Shown here: positions 37,221 to 49,066 of the stretch, piece by piece | How the letters are laid out: each line of letters begins with the position of its first letter | Position numbering within the stretch: the first letter of the stretch is position 1 | From: Lama glama | Taxonomy: Eukaryota | Direction of reading: 5' to 3' | DNA length: 64,000 bases | Assembly: GCA_028534125.1 (NCBI GenBank) | Contig: CM052832.1 | Location: 12,154,001 to 12,218,000 of the forward strand | Position numbers and translations under genes: made by a program | The notes under the pieces: model-generated | Databases searched by the model: none | Seen by the model: only the letters and a program-made list of their open reading frames with translations | Told to the model about the DNA's origin: nothing

Positions 37221-38426
37221 GAGAATCACATAAAAAGGTCAGTGTGTAAAGGGTTATTTATCTCTGACCCCTTCAAAGCCAGTACCCCTTGCAGTGGACC
37301 GCTTTGCGTCTGGTTGAGGGAGAGGGAGTAGGCAGTGATTGGAATTAAGAGTTGAGAGTTATTTGTAGTCTCTCACCCCTTTCCCTGGAGAAGATTAAGC
37401 ATTATTTTCTCACAGGATCTTAAGAGTTTTAGACAAATTCAGATAAAATAAATATCCCACAATAATGCATAAGAAATGTAATACAGTTTGTTTGCCTCTC
37501 ACGTGGGGAGCCCATGTTCTCAAACAAGAATGGGCTATAGTTCTTATGTGGAGCGGAGAGTGGGGTATGCTTAGAAAGTGACTTCCTCACAGTCATTTAG
37601 GATTCTCAGTTTAGTATGTGGTCCTTTTGTGCACATTTAAATTTCATTATCTTTTTATACCTGTTCTTTTGTTGTTGTTTTGTTTATTTAAGAATAAAGA
37701 CTGCCTGAAAAAGTTTTTATTGCTCTTGTTTTGTAGAATTTACATGTACATTTTACAGGATTGAATTTTTTGGATCCTGCTTACATCCACCCTTGTTAGA
37801 GAGGGATGGGGGGGTGTCCAGGGAGATGTAAATGTGCACAGCTTGTTGTTAAATGGGACGCAGAGCATGTGTCCAACATTTTGCAACAGTCTCACCTTCT
37901 CACAAACTGTGGTTCTCCTTAGACTGGCATTGTAAATAGTCTGGTTGTAAATGGGCAAGGTGTTTCTCTAGCACTGACTATGAAAGGTACTTTGGCAGCC
38001 AAGGGGACATAAAATCTAATTTTGTTGGCCTGGTCGCTAACTCAGTACCCCAATCTCTACCCCAAAACCGGGTAGGTAATTTTTTATTTTGATATTGTAA
38101 GTAGGTAATACCAGTATGTATTCTTATTTCCCCCCTTTTATTAAAAAGTGTAGCATGTATTTATACGTCTTTTTTTAAAATTAACAATGTTTTGGAGATT
38201 TTTCCTTACCATTACGAAAAGAATTTTCCCATGCTTTTTCTTTTTGGGTGTGTATTGAATAGTGGTGCTGTAATTTAGTTTATTTAGCCAGTCACCTTTG
38301 ATAGACATGTAGCTTTTACTATCAGTAACAATTCTATAATAACCCATTTTATAAATAGTGAGGTTTAATCAGAGGTGGTTCCAATAAAACCTAAAACAAA
38401 CAAACAGAAAACCCCATTATTGCTCC

Positions 38427-39445
38427 CAGGGCCAGCTATATAATTTGCAGGGCACCGTGCAAAATGGGAATGTGGAGCCCATTGTTCAAGAGCAGGAAAA
38501 AAATGCCCTTAAGAAGATTTTAAAAAGGGGGGAAAAAAAGCTTTTTCCTTTCTTTTTCAGTCTTTCACTTGGCATAGTGTTTTTATTTGCTGTTTAATGT
38601 CGTTCTAGGTAAAGAAAAATTAAACCTTTAAATTGTTAGCATGAGTTTTATCATTCATCTCTATGTTGTGCAATGGTGGTTTTAAATGCAAATATAACAG
38701 CTTTATCTTATATGCAGGATCTCCAAAATTACACAGTACATGTTTGGTAGCTCATACACGTGTATGCATTTAGTTTTTATCAGAACAGTGGACATTCTGC
38801 ACAACACTAAATTGTTTTTATTTCACTTCTTAATTCACACACATTCTACCAAAACTCTCTACTTTTGGTTTACTCAGTAAACTTCCTTAGTAAGGAAGGA
38901 CTGAGGGGAAAAGGAATGGTGAGTTGCTCTGCCTTTTAGCATAAGTCACCAATTTCAGCATAAACATTTGGATAATAGAAGTAACAAGAGTACAAAGGGG
39001 TATGATAGAGCTCCTGGGTTGCTAGTGCTTCTTGGAACATTGTTGCCTTTTTCTCCATCTGAGGCAGGTTCTGGTTGGAAGGGAAGGTGGCCTCTCCAGG
39101 CTGTCTGCAGCCCTGCTTACTCAGGCAGAGTCAAGGCGCCCTGGCCTCGTCCTTGCTCTGAGCCTCACTCACGCTGCACATGTTGTGGGTCCACTGGGAT
39201 TCTGTGCTCGGGCATGGCAAGCACTGCACGCACAGGGAACCGTGAACACACATATGTTGCACACCACCTCTGTTCGTGGGCTTGCTCCATTGTCCCATCA
39301 GACATTATTTAAAAACATAAGTTCCAAGATAAGATTATTAAGAATTTAAAGACAAGGACAATGGAGCATTAAACTAAGTATGGGTCCCTTTTGAGGGCAG
39401 GGCCTGTCTGAAAGCACAGATTGCACGCCCATGTAGCTGGCCCTC
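38427..39445 (+). mobile_element. hAT-Tip100 non-autonomous DNA transposon, MER45B-like, apparently full length (1019 bp)
   Basis: TIRs CAGGGCCAGCT...AGCTGGCCCT(C). Ends read atataatttgcagggcaccgtgcaaaatg and gcacagattgcacgcccatgtagctggccct. Degenerate 8-bp flanks ATTGCTCC / ATTACCAC. Confidence 0.85.
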
Positions 39446-40949
39446 ATTACCACTTCTGTTTTACATTGCACTAGAATTTAAGGAGCGGTAGGGAGGAAAG
39501 AGGGAATGGGGAGGAGGGAAAGAACAAGAAATATGTGTGATACATTGAGGGAAAGGGACCAAATATCACTATTTGCTGGTGTGATACGATAATATACCCA
39601 AGGAAATGAACTGGAAAACTACTAGAACTAATAAGAACTCTAAGGAATATAGCCAGATGCAACAGTATATACAAAAACCAAGTTTTCTCACATACACCCA
39701 ATAACTAGTTAGTATAATGGGAAAATTCTATTCATAATAGCAATAAAATCTGTATAATACCTAGTAACAATTCATGAGCCATACTTTTCCTTTACACCTA
39801 GTCCATCCCTAGCTGTATTTACCAAGGATCACCCATCCCTGACCACCTTATATTACTGGAGATGGGATGAGAATCAGGAACAAGGGTGGGAGGCAGAAGG
39901 ATGACATGAGCTCATTAACAGTGTCGCTGTAAGGGGAGCATGCCAGGGGGCTCTGCTAGGAGTTTTTAACTCCCCCCCCCCACAAACAACAGATACCTAC
40001 CTAGGAATAAAGTTAATAAATCCACAGGTTCTAATGTAAAGAAACTCTAAATCTTTAAGAACACTAAATAATGGAAAGACATATTCCTGGATGAAAAACT
40101 TTAATTATAGTAAAGACAGTTGTTCTACACATCTTAATCTGCCAACTTAATGTAGGACTACTCAGAATCCCATTTGTGCTTTAAAAAAAAAAAAAAACAA
40201 CAACTTTGACTAAGTTCTTTAAAATTTTTCCCAAGAGAGTAAATAAATGGAAATCCCTTCTCCACCAAAAAAAACAAAACCCCCCCCAAAAAACCAGTAA
40301 GTCTAGAACCACGAGGTATTAAAATTAGTACTACATACTAAAATATTATGGCATTAATGAAAGAATAAACTAGTAGATGAATTAAGCAATCATCCAACTC
40401 TGAATTTGATCCCAGTATATGTAAGAAGATAGTGCAAGATAGAGACGACATTTCACATATGTTGAGAATGAAAAGGGTAATGTTGCAAATGGTGCTGAGA
40501 CAGTTCATAATTGAAAACATACGAGATTTTCCTCATACTTTATACCAAAATAGTTTCCTGTTAAGAGTTAGATTTTACATTCCTCCAAAAGAACTGTAGA
40601 GAACTATTAATAAGTATTTATCTGATCTCAAGGTGAGGAACTACTTCTTCAGCATAAAAGCAAAGGCAGAAACCATAAACAGAATTCAAAGGTGTTTAAC
40701 AAACTGGGGAAAAAAAATTGCAACATATATGACAAGGACTAATTGTCTTTAATATATATGAAGTACTTTCCAAATAAGTAAGAAAAAAATATGAATCCCT
40801 AATAGGAAATGTATACAAACATCTTTTTAAAAAGAAAGAAAAAGAAACACAGTAATCAATACACTTGAAAGAGCTGTCCTCACTAATAATCAAAGAAATG
40901 CAAATTGAAACAAAATACCACCTTTGGCTTGTTTTATTGGCAAATATTT

Positions 40950-41765
40950 TTAATTTAAAAACTTTCATTTACATGAGTTAATACAACAATCACTCCTCAG
41001 CAAAAACCAAACAATACAGAAGTACATCCACTAAAATAAAATATTTGTTTTTTAACTTGCATTAGCCTAGTTATTACTAAACTTGAGTATCTTTTTATGT
41101 TTCTTGGCCATTTCTTTTTTTCATGAATTATGTCTTCATATTCTTCGTCAACTTTGTTATTGCTTGTGTTCATTATTAATTTGTAAATTATGTATGTTCA
41201 TTCTTTGTCTTTTATATATGTTGCAGATATCTTATCCCAGTGTGTTAGTTACTTTTTTAACTTTGTTTATGATGTCCTTATTGTACAAAAGTTTTTCATT
41301 TTGATTTGGTCATATCTGTCAGTCACTTCTTATCTTGCTTCTGGATTTTGTGACTTGCCTTGAAACTCCCTCCTCAGCCCAAAATATAAAAATATGCTCC
41401 TCTGTAGGAGTTGTCAGTGGTTGGTTGTTGTTTCCTTATTGTTGTGTATGGGTTTTTAGCATCCTGTGTTTGGTCTGAGGTCGGGGTTTACCCTTATTTC
41501 TAAAATACGTAAACAGTTGTTTTGAAATCCTTTGTTGATTATTTCATCCTTTCCCTCACTGATTTCAAATAGCATGTGTCATGGATCTGTATAGATTCTG
41601 TCACATCATTTAAAATAACCGCAGCTCTGGAATCTATTTTGCTGTCTACTACTGTCAGTCCACACTCATAGCTATTCTTTTTCTAAATTTTCTAAGCTAA
41701 TCTTTCAGATTTTCTTTTCCATTGAACTTGAAAATCATCTTGTCAAGTTTCATTTTAAATCCTGT
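40950..41765 (-). mobile_element. Antisense old L1 fragment nested in the L1ME-like element
   Basis: T-rich antisense ORF2-like sequence (ttgagtatctttttatgtttcttggccatt; tatatgttgcagatatctt). Degenerate flanking repeat ttggcaaatattttt / ttggcagagatgtttt. Confidence 0.6.
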
Positions 41766-41880
41766 TGGCAGAGATGTTTTAAATGAAAATACTTAGTATG
41801 GGTGAGGCTGTCATGAAATGGGCGGTGTCATATACTGCTGAGACATGTTATATAGTACAAAATTCCTAGAAGGCAGTTTG

Positions 41881-42032
41881 AGGAGGGGGAAGGTATAGCT
41901 CATGTGGTAGAGCACATGCTTAGCATGCACAAGGTCCTGGGTTCAATCCCTAGTACCTCCTCTAAAAATACATAAATAAATAGACCTAATTACCTCCCCC
42001 TACAAAAGATAAATAAAAATTAAAAAAAAAAT
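41881..42032 (+). mobile_element. tRNA-Ala-derived SINE, camelid Vic-1-type
   Basis: The head ggtatagctcatgtggtagagcacatgcttagcatgcacaaggtcctgggttcaatccctagtacctcc resembles tRNA-Ala(AGC) with A/B boxes. It is followed by aaataaatagacctaattacctcccc and an A-rich tail. TSD AGGCAGTTTG (41871-41880) / AGACAGTTTG (42033-42042). Confidence 0.85.
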
Positions 42033-42383
42033 AGACAGTTTGGTAATATGTATTATGTATTTTAAAAAATACCCATTGATCTACTGCTTCCACCTTTAAT
42101 CATTTATCCTCAGGAAATCTTCAGGAAGAACATTTCTTTTATGTGAATGTTCAGCACATTTGTTTATTATGATAACCAAAAAAGGAGGACTACAAATGTC
42201 TAACAATGGAGGCATAATGAAATAAATTCTGGCACATTAACATATCAAAAGTTCTGTATAGCCCATTCATAACATAGGGAAACCCCCATAATATAATGTA
42301 AAATAGAAGTAAGATACCATCTTTATAGGCAGATTGATGCCAGTTTTTCAAAGTTTAAGGTAGCATATATTTGTAGATGTGCA

Positions 42384-42776
42384 TGTATTAATTTGCTAGG
42401 CCTGCCATAAAAAAAAAAACTATCTACTGGGTGACTTAAACAACAGATATTAATTTTCTCACAGTTCTAGAGGTCGGAAGTCCATGATCAAGGTGTCAGC
42501 AGGTTTGGTTTCTCCTGAGACTTCCTCCTTGGTTTGCAGATGGCAGTCTTCTCACTGTGTTCTCTTGTGGCTTTTTCTCCTTGCACCCCCATCCCTGACG
42601 TCTCCTCCTCTTGTAAGGACACCTGTCATACTGGATTAGGGCTGCATTCTTATGACTTCTTTTAATCTTAATTACCTCTTTAAGTGCACTGTCTCCAAAT
42701 ACAGTCTCATTCTAAGGTACTGGGGATTACCACTTCAAAATATGAATTTGGGAGGAACACCATTCTGTCCGTAACA
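42384..42776 (-). mobile_element. MaLR solo LTR, MLT1B-like (393 bp)
   Basis: TG...CA termini; ctcacagttctagaggtcggaagtcc...atcaaggtgtcagcagg; aaggacacctgtcatactggattaggg. The 5-bp flanks GTGCA / GCACA can both derive from GCGCA by CpG decay. Confidence 0.88.
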
Positions 42777-43169
42777 GCACATTAAAAAAGAACATAAGGG
42801 AGAATGTCAGAATGTTAACAGAGGTTTTCTAGGTGGTGGAATTCCAGGCAACTTTTATGTTTTTTATTGTGTTTTTCTGTATTTACACATTTTCATCAGT
42901 GAATATGTGTTACTTTTAAAATCAGAAGAAAATTAATGTTTCTTTACCAAATAACGCTATTTCCACATCGCTTATCTTAAGGGAGAGACAAGGCAGAGTG
43001 GACAGAGCCTACACCAGTGCCCTGCATGCACCTCAACACCCCCACTTGCTCCCAAATATAGCCTACTAAGTCAAGAAAAGCCTTGTTTCTGGGTTAAGTA
43101 GGGAATATAGTGATTCACCTGATGATTCTACTGAGTAAACGAAGAGTCCTTGAGAATCTGGATAAAAGA

Positions 43170-43460
43170 TGGCAAACAAAGAAGAGTGTATATATTTATA
43201 TACATACTGTATGATTCCATTTGTAAAGCATTCTAGATCTCGGAAACTAATATATAGTGACAGAAGGCAGATCCACACTTCTCTGGCGCTGGGGAGGATA
43301 CAAGGGGGCATGAGGGAACTTTTGAGGATGATGGAAACATTTGTTATCTTGACTATGCTAATAGCTTCATGAGTGTACACATGTCTATCTCATCAAAGTG
43401 TACTTTTCAACTATGTGCAGCTTACTGTATCACTTATATCCCAAGAAAGATGTTTAAAGA
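43170..43460 (+). mobile_element. L1 (L1MB/MC/ME-type) 3' UTR fragment
   Basis: tacatactgtatgattccattt...aaactaatatatagtgacagaaggcagatc...ctcatcaaagtgtactt. Confidence 0.75.
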
Positions 43461-44220
43461 TGGGAAGAGGGAAGTGGAAGGAAAGATTTCAATGGGCGTT
43501 GTGTTATTACTTATTTATTAAAACAGTGATGTGAGGGCTGTGGTTTCCATGCATCACATGAAACCTTTGGAATCTGGAGGCTGTTGCAGCAGACTGCTGT
43601 ATAAAATGTCTTGGAAGGGGCTGTCTAAACGTTAATGGCATTTTCCTGCCTTATAATTCAGCATAACAGGGCTTGGGCGTGTCACCGACTTGAGTAAAAT
43701 TAAGTGATTGTATGATGTAAGGGGCCTGGTAGGTGAGCCGGTCTGCGACACAGCAATCTTTTTGGACTTATTGGCTTGTTAATATTGTCACGATGAGTAT
43801 GTTTCTTTTATAGCTGCATTCGATACTTATCCTTTTAAAGACAGGAATCGGTACAGTGCTACAAGAGAGAAACGTACTTAAAAATCACAACATTACCTGT
43901 GGTAAAGTTATCATAAAAACTACCTGGTACTCAAGCAGGGGATTACTTCAGTTCTGCCCTCATAATAGCAGGAAATGGTCGTCGGTAAAGTTGTTTTCCA
44001 GAAGCTGTGATGAAATCAACTAAAATGGTGATAAAGTGGAATGTAAAAGTGAGGGGCTCAAGTGAGATGTAAAAGTGCAGAAGGTGTTAGAATGTTCAAA
44101 TTAGAATCTTCAGGAAATGATTCTGTAAAATATTAAGTATGAATTGATTGAGTTCTCAGTTGAGAACTGTCGGCAGTGCAGGCAAGTCTCGTGACTGTGG
44201 GCGGTGGACCTCTCCCGAAG

Positions 44221-44246
44221 CCGCCCCCGCCCCCGCCCCCGCCCCT
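44221..44246. promoter_or_regulatory. Tandem GC boxes, (CCCCCG)n; putative Sp/KLF sites and minus-strand G-quadruplex motif
   Basis: CCGCCCCCGCCCCCGCCCCCGCCCCT with four intact CpGs in an AT-rich, CpG-depleted intron. Function is inferred only. Confidence 0.45.
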
Positions 44247-44569
44247 ATCCTGACTGGGTGGCTACCATTTTGCTAATAGCCGGAGAAGCTGGGCAGCAGA
44301 GAAATGGTCTTTGGTGGCAAATGATAGTTTAAGAAAGGGCTTGGAGCCCAATTTTCTTTCATTCTTGCTCAAAACTAAGGAACCTGTCGCCCCAAGAGCA
44401 TTATTATTTTTCCTAGTGATCCTTTGATGAGTTAATGTTCAGTAGATGCCTGTTATAGAAAATTGGAAGCACACCCCGGTGAAACCTCAGTGAGCTGTGG
44501 AAGCACACTAAAATATATATCATCAGGGTATTTTTTTATATTATAGACACAACTTTTATATTGATACTA

Positions 44570-45330
44570 TGTTCCGAATGTCACGTCTATTCCCTTCTTG
44601 CCACCACTGCTGCTACCACCCTAATGCGCACCCCCCTTCAAGTCTCCCCTGCATTGCTGTCGGGCCTGCCTGCTCAGCAGCATCCCTGCATCCTCTCTGG
44701 TCCTTCTCATTGTTCTCCATGCTCCTGTTGGGACACTCATTTGCTCAGAATCACTCAGAGCCTTTCTACCTTCTTAGGGTAAAGTTCACAATCATCACCG
44801 TGGCCTCCAGACCCTGCATGATCAGGTGCCTGTGTACTTCATCTGTACCAATCCCCATGTAGCTCTCTGCATTCAGGCCACAGCTGCCCTTCTATTCCTG
44901 GAATGCACTGTGCGTTCCCTGACCACAGGACAGGGCTTTGCACTTGCCACCCTCTTTGGAATGCTTCTCGCCCTCTTCTCACCCTTACCCTCACCTCATC
45001 ATACTCCACCCCCTTTATCTCAGTAACTTCCTATTGATCCTTTAAGTTTCAGCTTAAATGTCACTTCTGAAGAAAAGTTTTGCCTGACCTTCTACCCCCA
45101 GTTTAGGTTAAAGTTTCTTTGTATGATGCTGATAGATCTGGGGCTTTTTCTTTAGAGAACTTAGTTTCATTTGTAAGTTTACATTTGTTCATGTGATTTG
45201 ATAGTAGAAGGGACTGTGTCTGTTTTGTTCACTGCTGTACTCCCAGCATGTGGAATCCTGATATTCAATAAATGTTTGCTGGGTAGGTAGATGGACAGAG
45301 GATGGACAGACAGGTGGAAGGAAGGAATGA
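44570..45330 (+). mobile_element. L2 (L2a-like) 3' fragment
   Basis: agggctttgcacttgcc...tcagcttaaatgtcacttct...tgtctgttttgttcactgctgtactcccagca...ttcaataaatgtttgctg. Confidence 0.8.
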
Positions 45331-45559
45331 TGAGGACCAGAAGATCAATGCAGTTGCTGGTTCCCATTCTGCTGCTGATTTGTTGTGTAATAAGTAAGAC
45401 GTAATCTGTCTGAGCCTCCGATTTCTCAGCTATAAAATGAAAAAAACTAACCTAATGATCTGTTCTTTTCTTTTTAAACAAGTATCCTTTTGGTGTAGAT
45501 GGTTGTGTTCATCATTTACCTTAGGTCATAGTACATCATCCAAGCAAGGCCTTCTCTTT

Positions 45560-46320
45560 TATTTATATTTCTTCATCTTTGTTGAGCCCCACTCTTGCTC
45601 CCCTCCCCTTAGGACTATCTCTAATATGTTTGATTATGTCCTTAATGATCACATGTATTTGGAAAATCTGTAACATTATGGGATTGTGTATGTGTTTTAA
45701 TTGTCAGAAATGTTTTTATGCTATAAGTCTTACTCCTTTTCATACTTTTCTCATCTAATATTATATTTTTATGACCCACACATCATTGTTTCTTAATGTT
45801 ATTCAGTATTTCATCATAATAATTCTGGATGTATTTTTAGTGAATTTATGTAGCTCTTATTTGCCAGACACTAAGGTCTTTACATAAAATCATTTAACCT
45901 TCACAAAGTCTTGTAAGGTAGATAGTGTTAATATCTCTCTCACCTGTTTCATTCACTCCCCTGGTGATGGAGACCTAGGTGGCCTTCAGCTTCTTGCTCT
46001 CAGAAACAATGCTGGAGTGAATTTCTGTGTTTCCGTTTCCTTTGTATGTGCGTGAGGATTTTTCTGAGACCTGTATTCAAATGCACGATCCCTGAGTACT
46101 AAAGTACATATGTCTAAGCACGCACGTCTTTAATTTTGATCCGTGCTGCCAGATTGCCTTCCTGCAGGGCAGTGCCAGTTTATGCTCCTTCCACCAGGAG
46201 TGCATGAGAGCCCTGTTTCTCCACGTGTCCACACCCACACTAAACATATATGTTCTCCTACTCTTTGCCATTATGATGGCCTTAAAGTAGTGTCTCGTTG
46301 TTTTTTCTCTGATTACCCAT
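45560..46320 (-). mobile_element. L1ME-like fragment, with a MIR piece at about 45830-45935
   Basis: ttcattcactcccctggtgatggagacctaggt...tgccagattgcc...ctccacgtgtccacacccacact. Confidence 0.6.
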
Positions 46321-46669
46321 GTTTTGTTTTGTTTTGTTTTGTTTTGCCACTGCTGCTGCTGCTACCCTAGAGGAAACCTCCACCATGTCTCCTCACTACT
46401 GCCCTCATCTGCCTACTCATGGGTCTCCCTGCATCCTCTCTAATCCTCATTGTCCTCCACGCTCCAGCTGGAGTAATCTTATTGGAGCACTCCTTTGCTC
46501 AAAATCACTCTTTAATCCACTGAAATGGTAGATGTTCTAATCATGATCCATACTTGCATTCCTAGGATAATTACTACTTGGACATATGTATTTTCTAAAT
46601 AATTATTGGATTTGTTGGCTAATTATTTTAGAGTTTTTAGACCTATTTTCTGAAAGTGAGCCTATAAAA

Positions 46670-46878
46670 TTTTTTTTTATTGAACTATAGTCAGTTACAA
46701 TGTGTCAATTTCTGGTGTACAGCACAATGTCCTAGTCATGCATATATATATATACATATGTTTGTTTTCATATCCTTTTTCATTAAATGTTATTACAAGA
46801 TACTGAATGTAGTTCCCTCTGCTATATGGAAGAAATTTTTTTTTAATCTATTTTTATATGTAGTGGTTAACATTTGGG
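46670..46878 (-). mobile_element. Short, relatively young L1 3' end (artiodactyl/camelid type)
   Basis: Poly-T then attgaactatagtcagttacaatgtgtcaatttctggtgtacagc...tactgaatgtagttccct. Flanking duplication GCCTATAAAATTTT / GCCTATAGATTTT. Confidence 0.8.
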
Positions 46879-48759
46879 GCCTATAGATTTCTTTTCTTAT
46901 CCTGTCTCTAAGTAATTTTATAACCAAAGTTATATTAAAATGACTTGAGAAGCTTTCCCTACTTTTTTCTGGATCAATATGTAGTAAGATGTAAATGATC
47001 TATTCCTTGAACTAAGTGGTCCTTAAGGTTCCTTTTTAGCTATAAATGTGATGACTTGATGAGCTACCATGGCTGTGAGTTTCTCACCAGTGCTTCACTG
47101 ATTGTGTGGGTGTCAAGCAGATTCACATGTTTCCAAGAGCTCAGTGATCTCAGAAGGGATTAACCTACTATAGGCACAAAATGGTATGTTTTCCAAATGG
47201 GCTGAAGTGGGGGTTCCATAGTCAATTGGTATCTATTTTTATTCATTTGTTTTATTAAATTTTAGTCACAAAACTTCTGGTGTATAAGCTGTGCCTAATG
47301 GGTTATAAAGGACCCCTCCTAGAGTCCTCCCACCCCAGCTGACTTACTGGACTATAGTTTCCTTCCCCATAGAAACACAATGCTTTATGTTACTTCCGCC
47401 TGTCTTTCCTGCCACGCTCTTCTCCTTCCTGTCTGTCTAATTTGTATGGCTCTAGAGGGGAATTGGGTTCTTTGAGCCTAAAGACAAAGAAATTGCCTGA
47501 AGAGTTAGTTTTGGCAAGATTGGAATAGTGGATTACAGAGAGAAGGGATTTGATCTCTGCAAATTGTCAGGTGATAGAAAACAAATTCTCCTGCTGGGAT
47601 GGAGTATCATGATGGAGAGATTCTAGGGTAGACACAGGGTGTTGGTGGCAGCACACAGTGGCTTTAAAGAAGTTGGGCGGGGCACACTCAGTCTCATCAG
47701 TTTAAGCTACTTCAGTAAGCTTTGCATCATGAGTCTCTGAATCTCACTCTCAGAGACAGAATGAAATCAGAACACATGATATTACTATTCAGACATCTCT
47801 CATTCTTCTTAGTACATGTTACTTTAAACTGTAGTAGTAATTTTCATATGTTATTTTTATTTCTCATTTGGCTGAGGACACAGAGCATGCAGAGAAGATT
47901 ATTCACCAGACCGTGACTACCTGGCATACACAGTCCATATAATGGTAGTTAAGCTGAGATCCAGAGACTGACAAACTATAAAATCTAAAAGGAAGAATTT
48001 CTTACGGTAGATGGTTATAATAATTTTATATCTCAGTATTTTACATATGTGACATTTTGTATAATAAACAATAAACTGCCTGCTTTTGGCATTTTAAAGT
48101 TAATGTGGAGAGAGTTATAAAACAGATACTGTAAACATCACCTCCCAAAGTGAAGTGCTAAATGGCTCTGGCCTCTGGGAGGGTGAGACCTAATTATTCC
48201 TCATAGTGCACTCTGTACCTTTTTACTGCCAGTTTGGGTTTCATTGTCTTTGATAAACAAGATAATTGATATAAATGAGTGTGATCCTGTAAAATGGTCC
48301 CCCAATTGCAGGTTTTCATGCTGGAGGTATAATTTTCTTTGTGGCACATTACTGTTAATCTTTAAATGGGTGGGTTGGTAATCTGCCTTTCATACGAGGA
48401 CATTAGGTGAGTTTCTCCTGATAAAAACACTGAGTGTAACCAGGGCACAGGAACAAATGACTTATGATCACACTAATGAGCAAGAGCACGTGGATTTTTG
48501 AATGCAAGAGAACGATCTTGGAGGTGAAAAGGAGATGCAGTCCCCTCAGGAAGAGGACAGAGTCAATGTGTGCTCAAAGAGGGGTCTGGCCACGCTTGGC
48601 TTCTCCTCCTGCCCCAGCCCCAGCTCTTAGCACTTCAAATGCTGATGTTGCACTGGCTGACCTACTGCTGAAGATCTCAAGCAAGGAAGGCCTAATGTGC
48701 TTTCTTCTCTTATTTGGTGGAAAAGGACTGAGGCTTTGCAAAACCACTATTTTAAAATT

Positions 48760-49066
48760 TTATTTATTTATTTAAAATTTAAACAGAATCTTTTATTGAA
48801 AACTTATTGATTTGCAATGTCATATTAGTTTCTGGTGTACAACAAAGTTATTCAGTTATACATATATATATACTTTTTCATTATAGGCCATTACAAGACA
48901 TTGAATATAGTTCCCTGTGCTCTACAGTGGGACCTTGTTTTTTTAATCTATTTTATGTATAGTAGTTAGTATCTGCTAATCCCAAACTCCTAATTTATCT
49001 CTCCCCCACTCCTTTTCCCCTTTGGTAACTCTAAGTTTGTTTTTTGGGTCTGTGAGTCTGTTTCTC
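48760..49066 (-). mobile_element. L1 3' end (artiodactyl type)
   Basis: tagtttctggtgtacaacaaag...ttgaatatagttccctgtgct...gctaatcccaaactcctaatttatc...ctttggtaactctaagtttg; complementary to the 3' UTR at 59200-59460. Confidence 0.85.

Larger units (their letters stand above)
39540..42940 (+). mobile_element. Old L1ME-like element (ORF2 3' half plus 3' UTR) interrupted by several younger insertions
   Basis: ORF2 remnants (aactactagaactaataaga ~ KLLELI; tacctaggaataaa ~ YLGI; cactaataatcaaagaaatgcaaatt ~ LIIKEMQI) that resume collinearly at about 41770 and 42043. Confidence 0.7.

Noticed and set aside
41885..41961. Apparent tRNA-Ala(AGC) gene
   Set aside because: Stems are mismatched, there is no T-run terminator, and it continues into a SINE body with A tail and TSD. 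It is a SINE head, not a tRNA gene.
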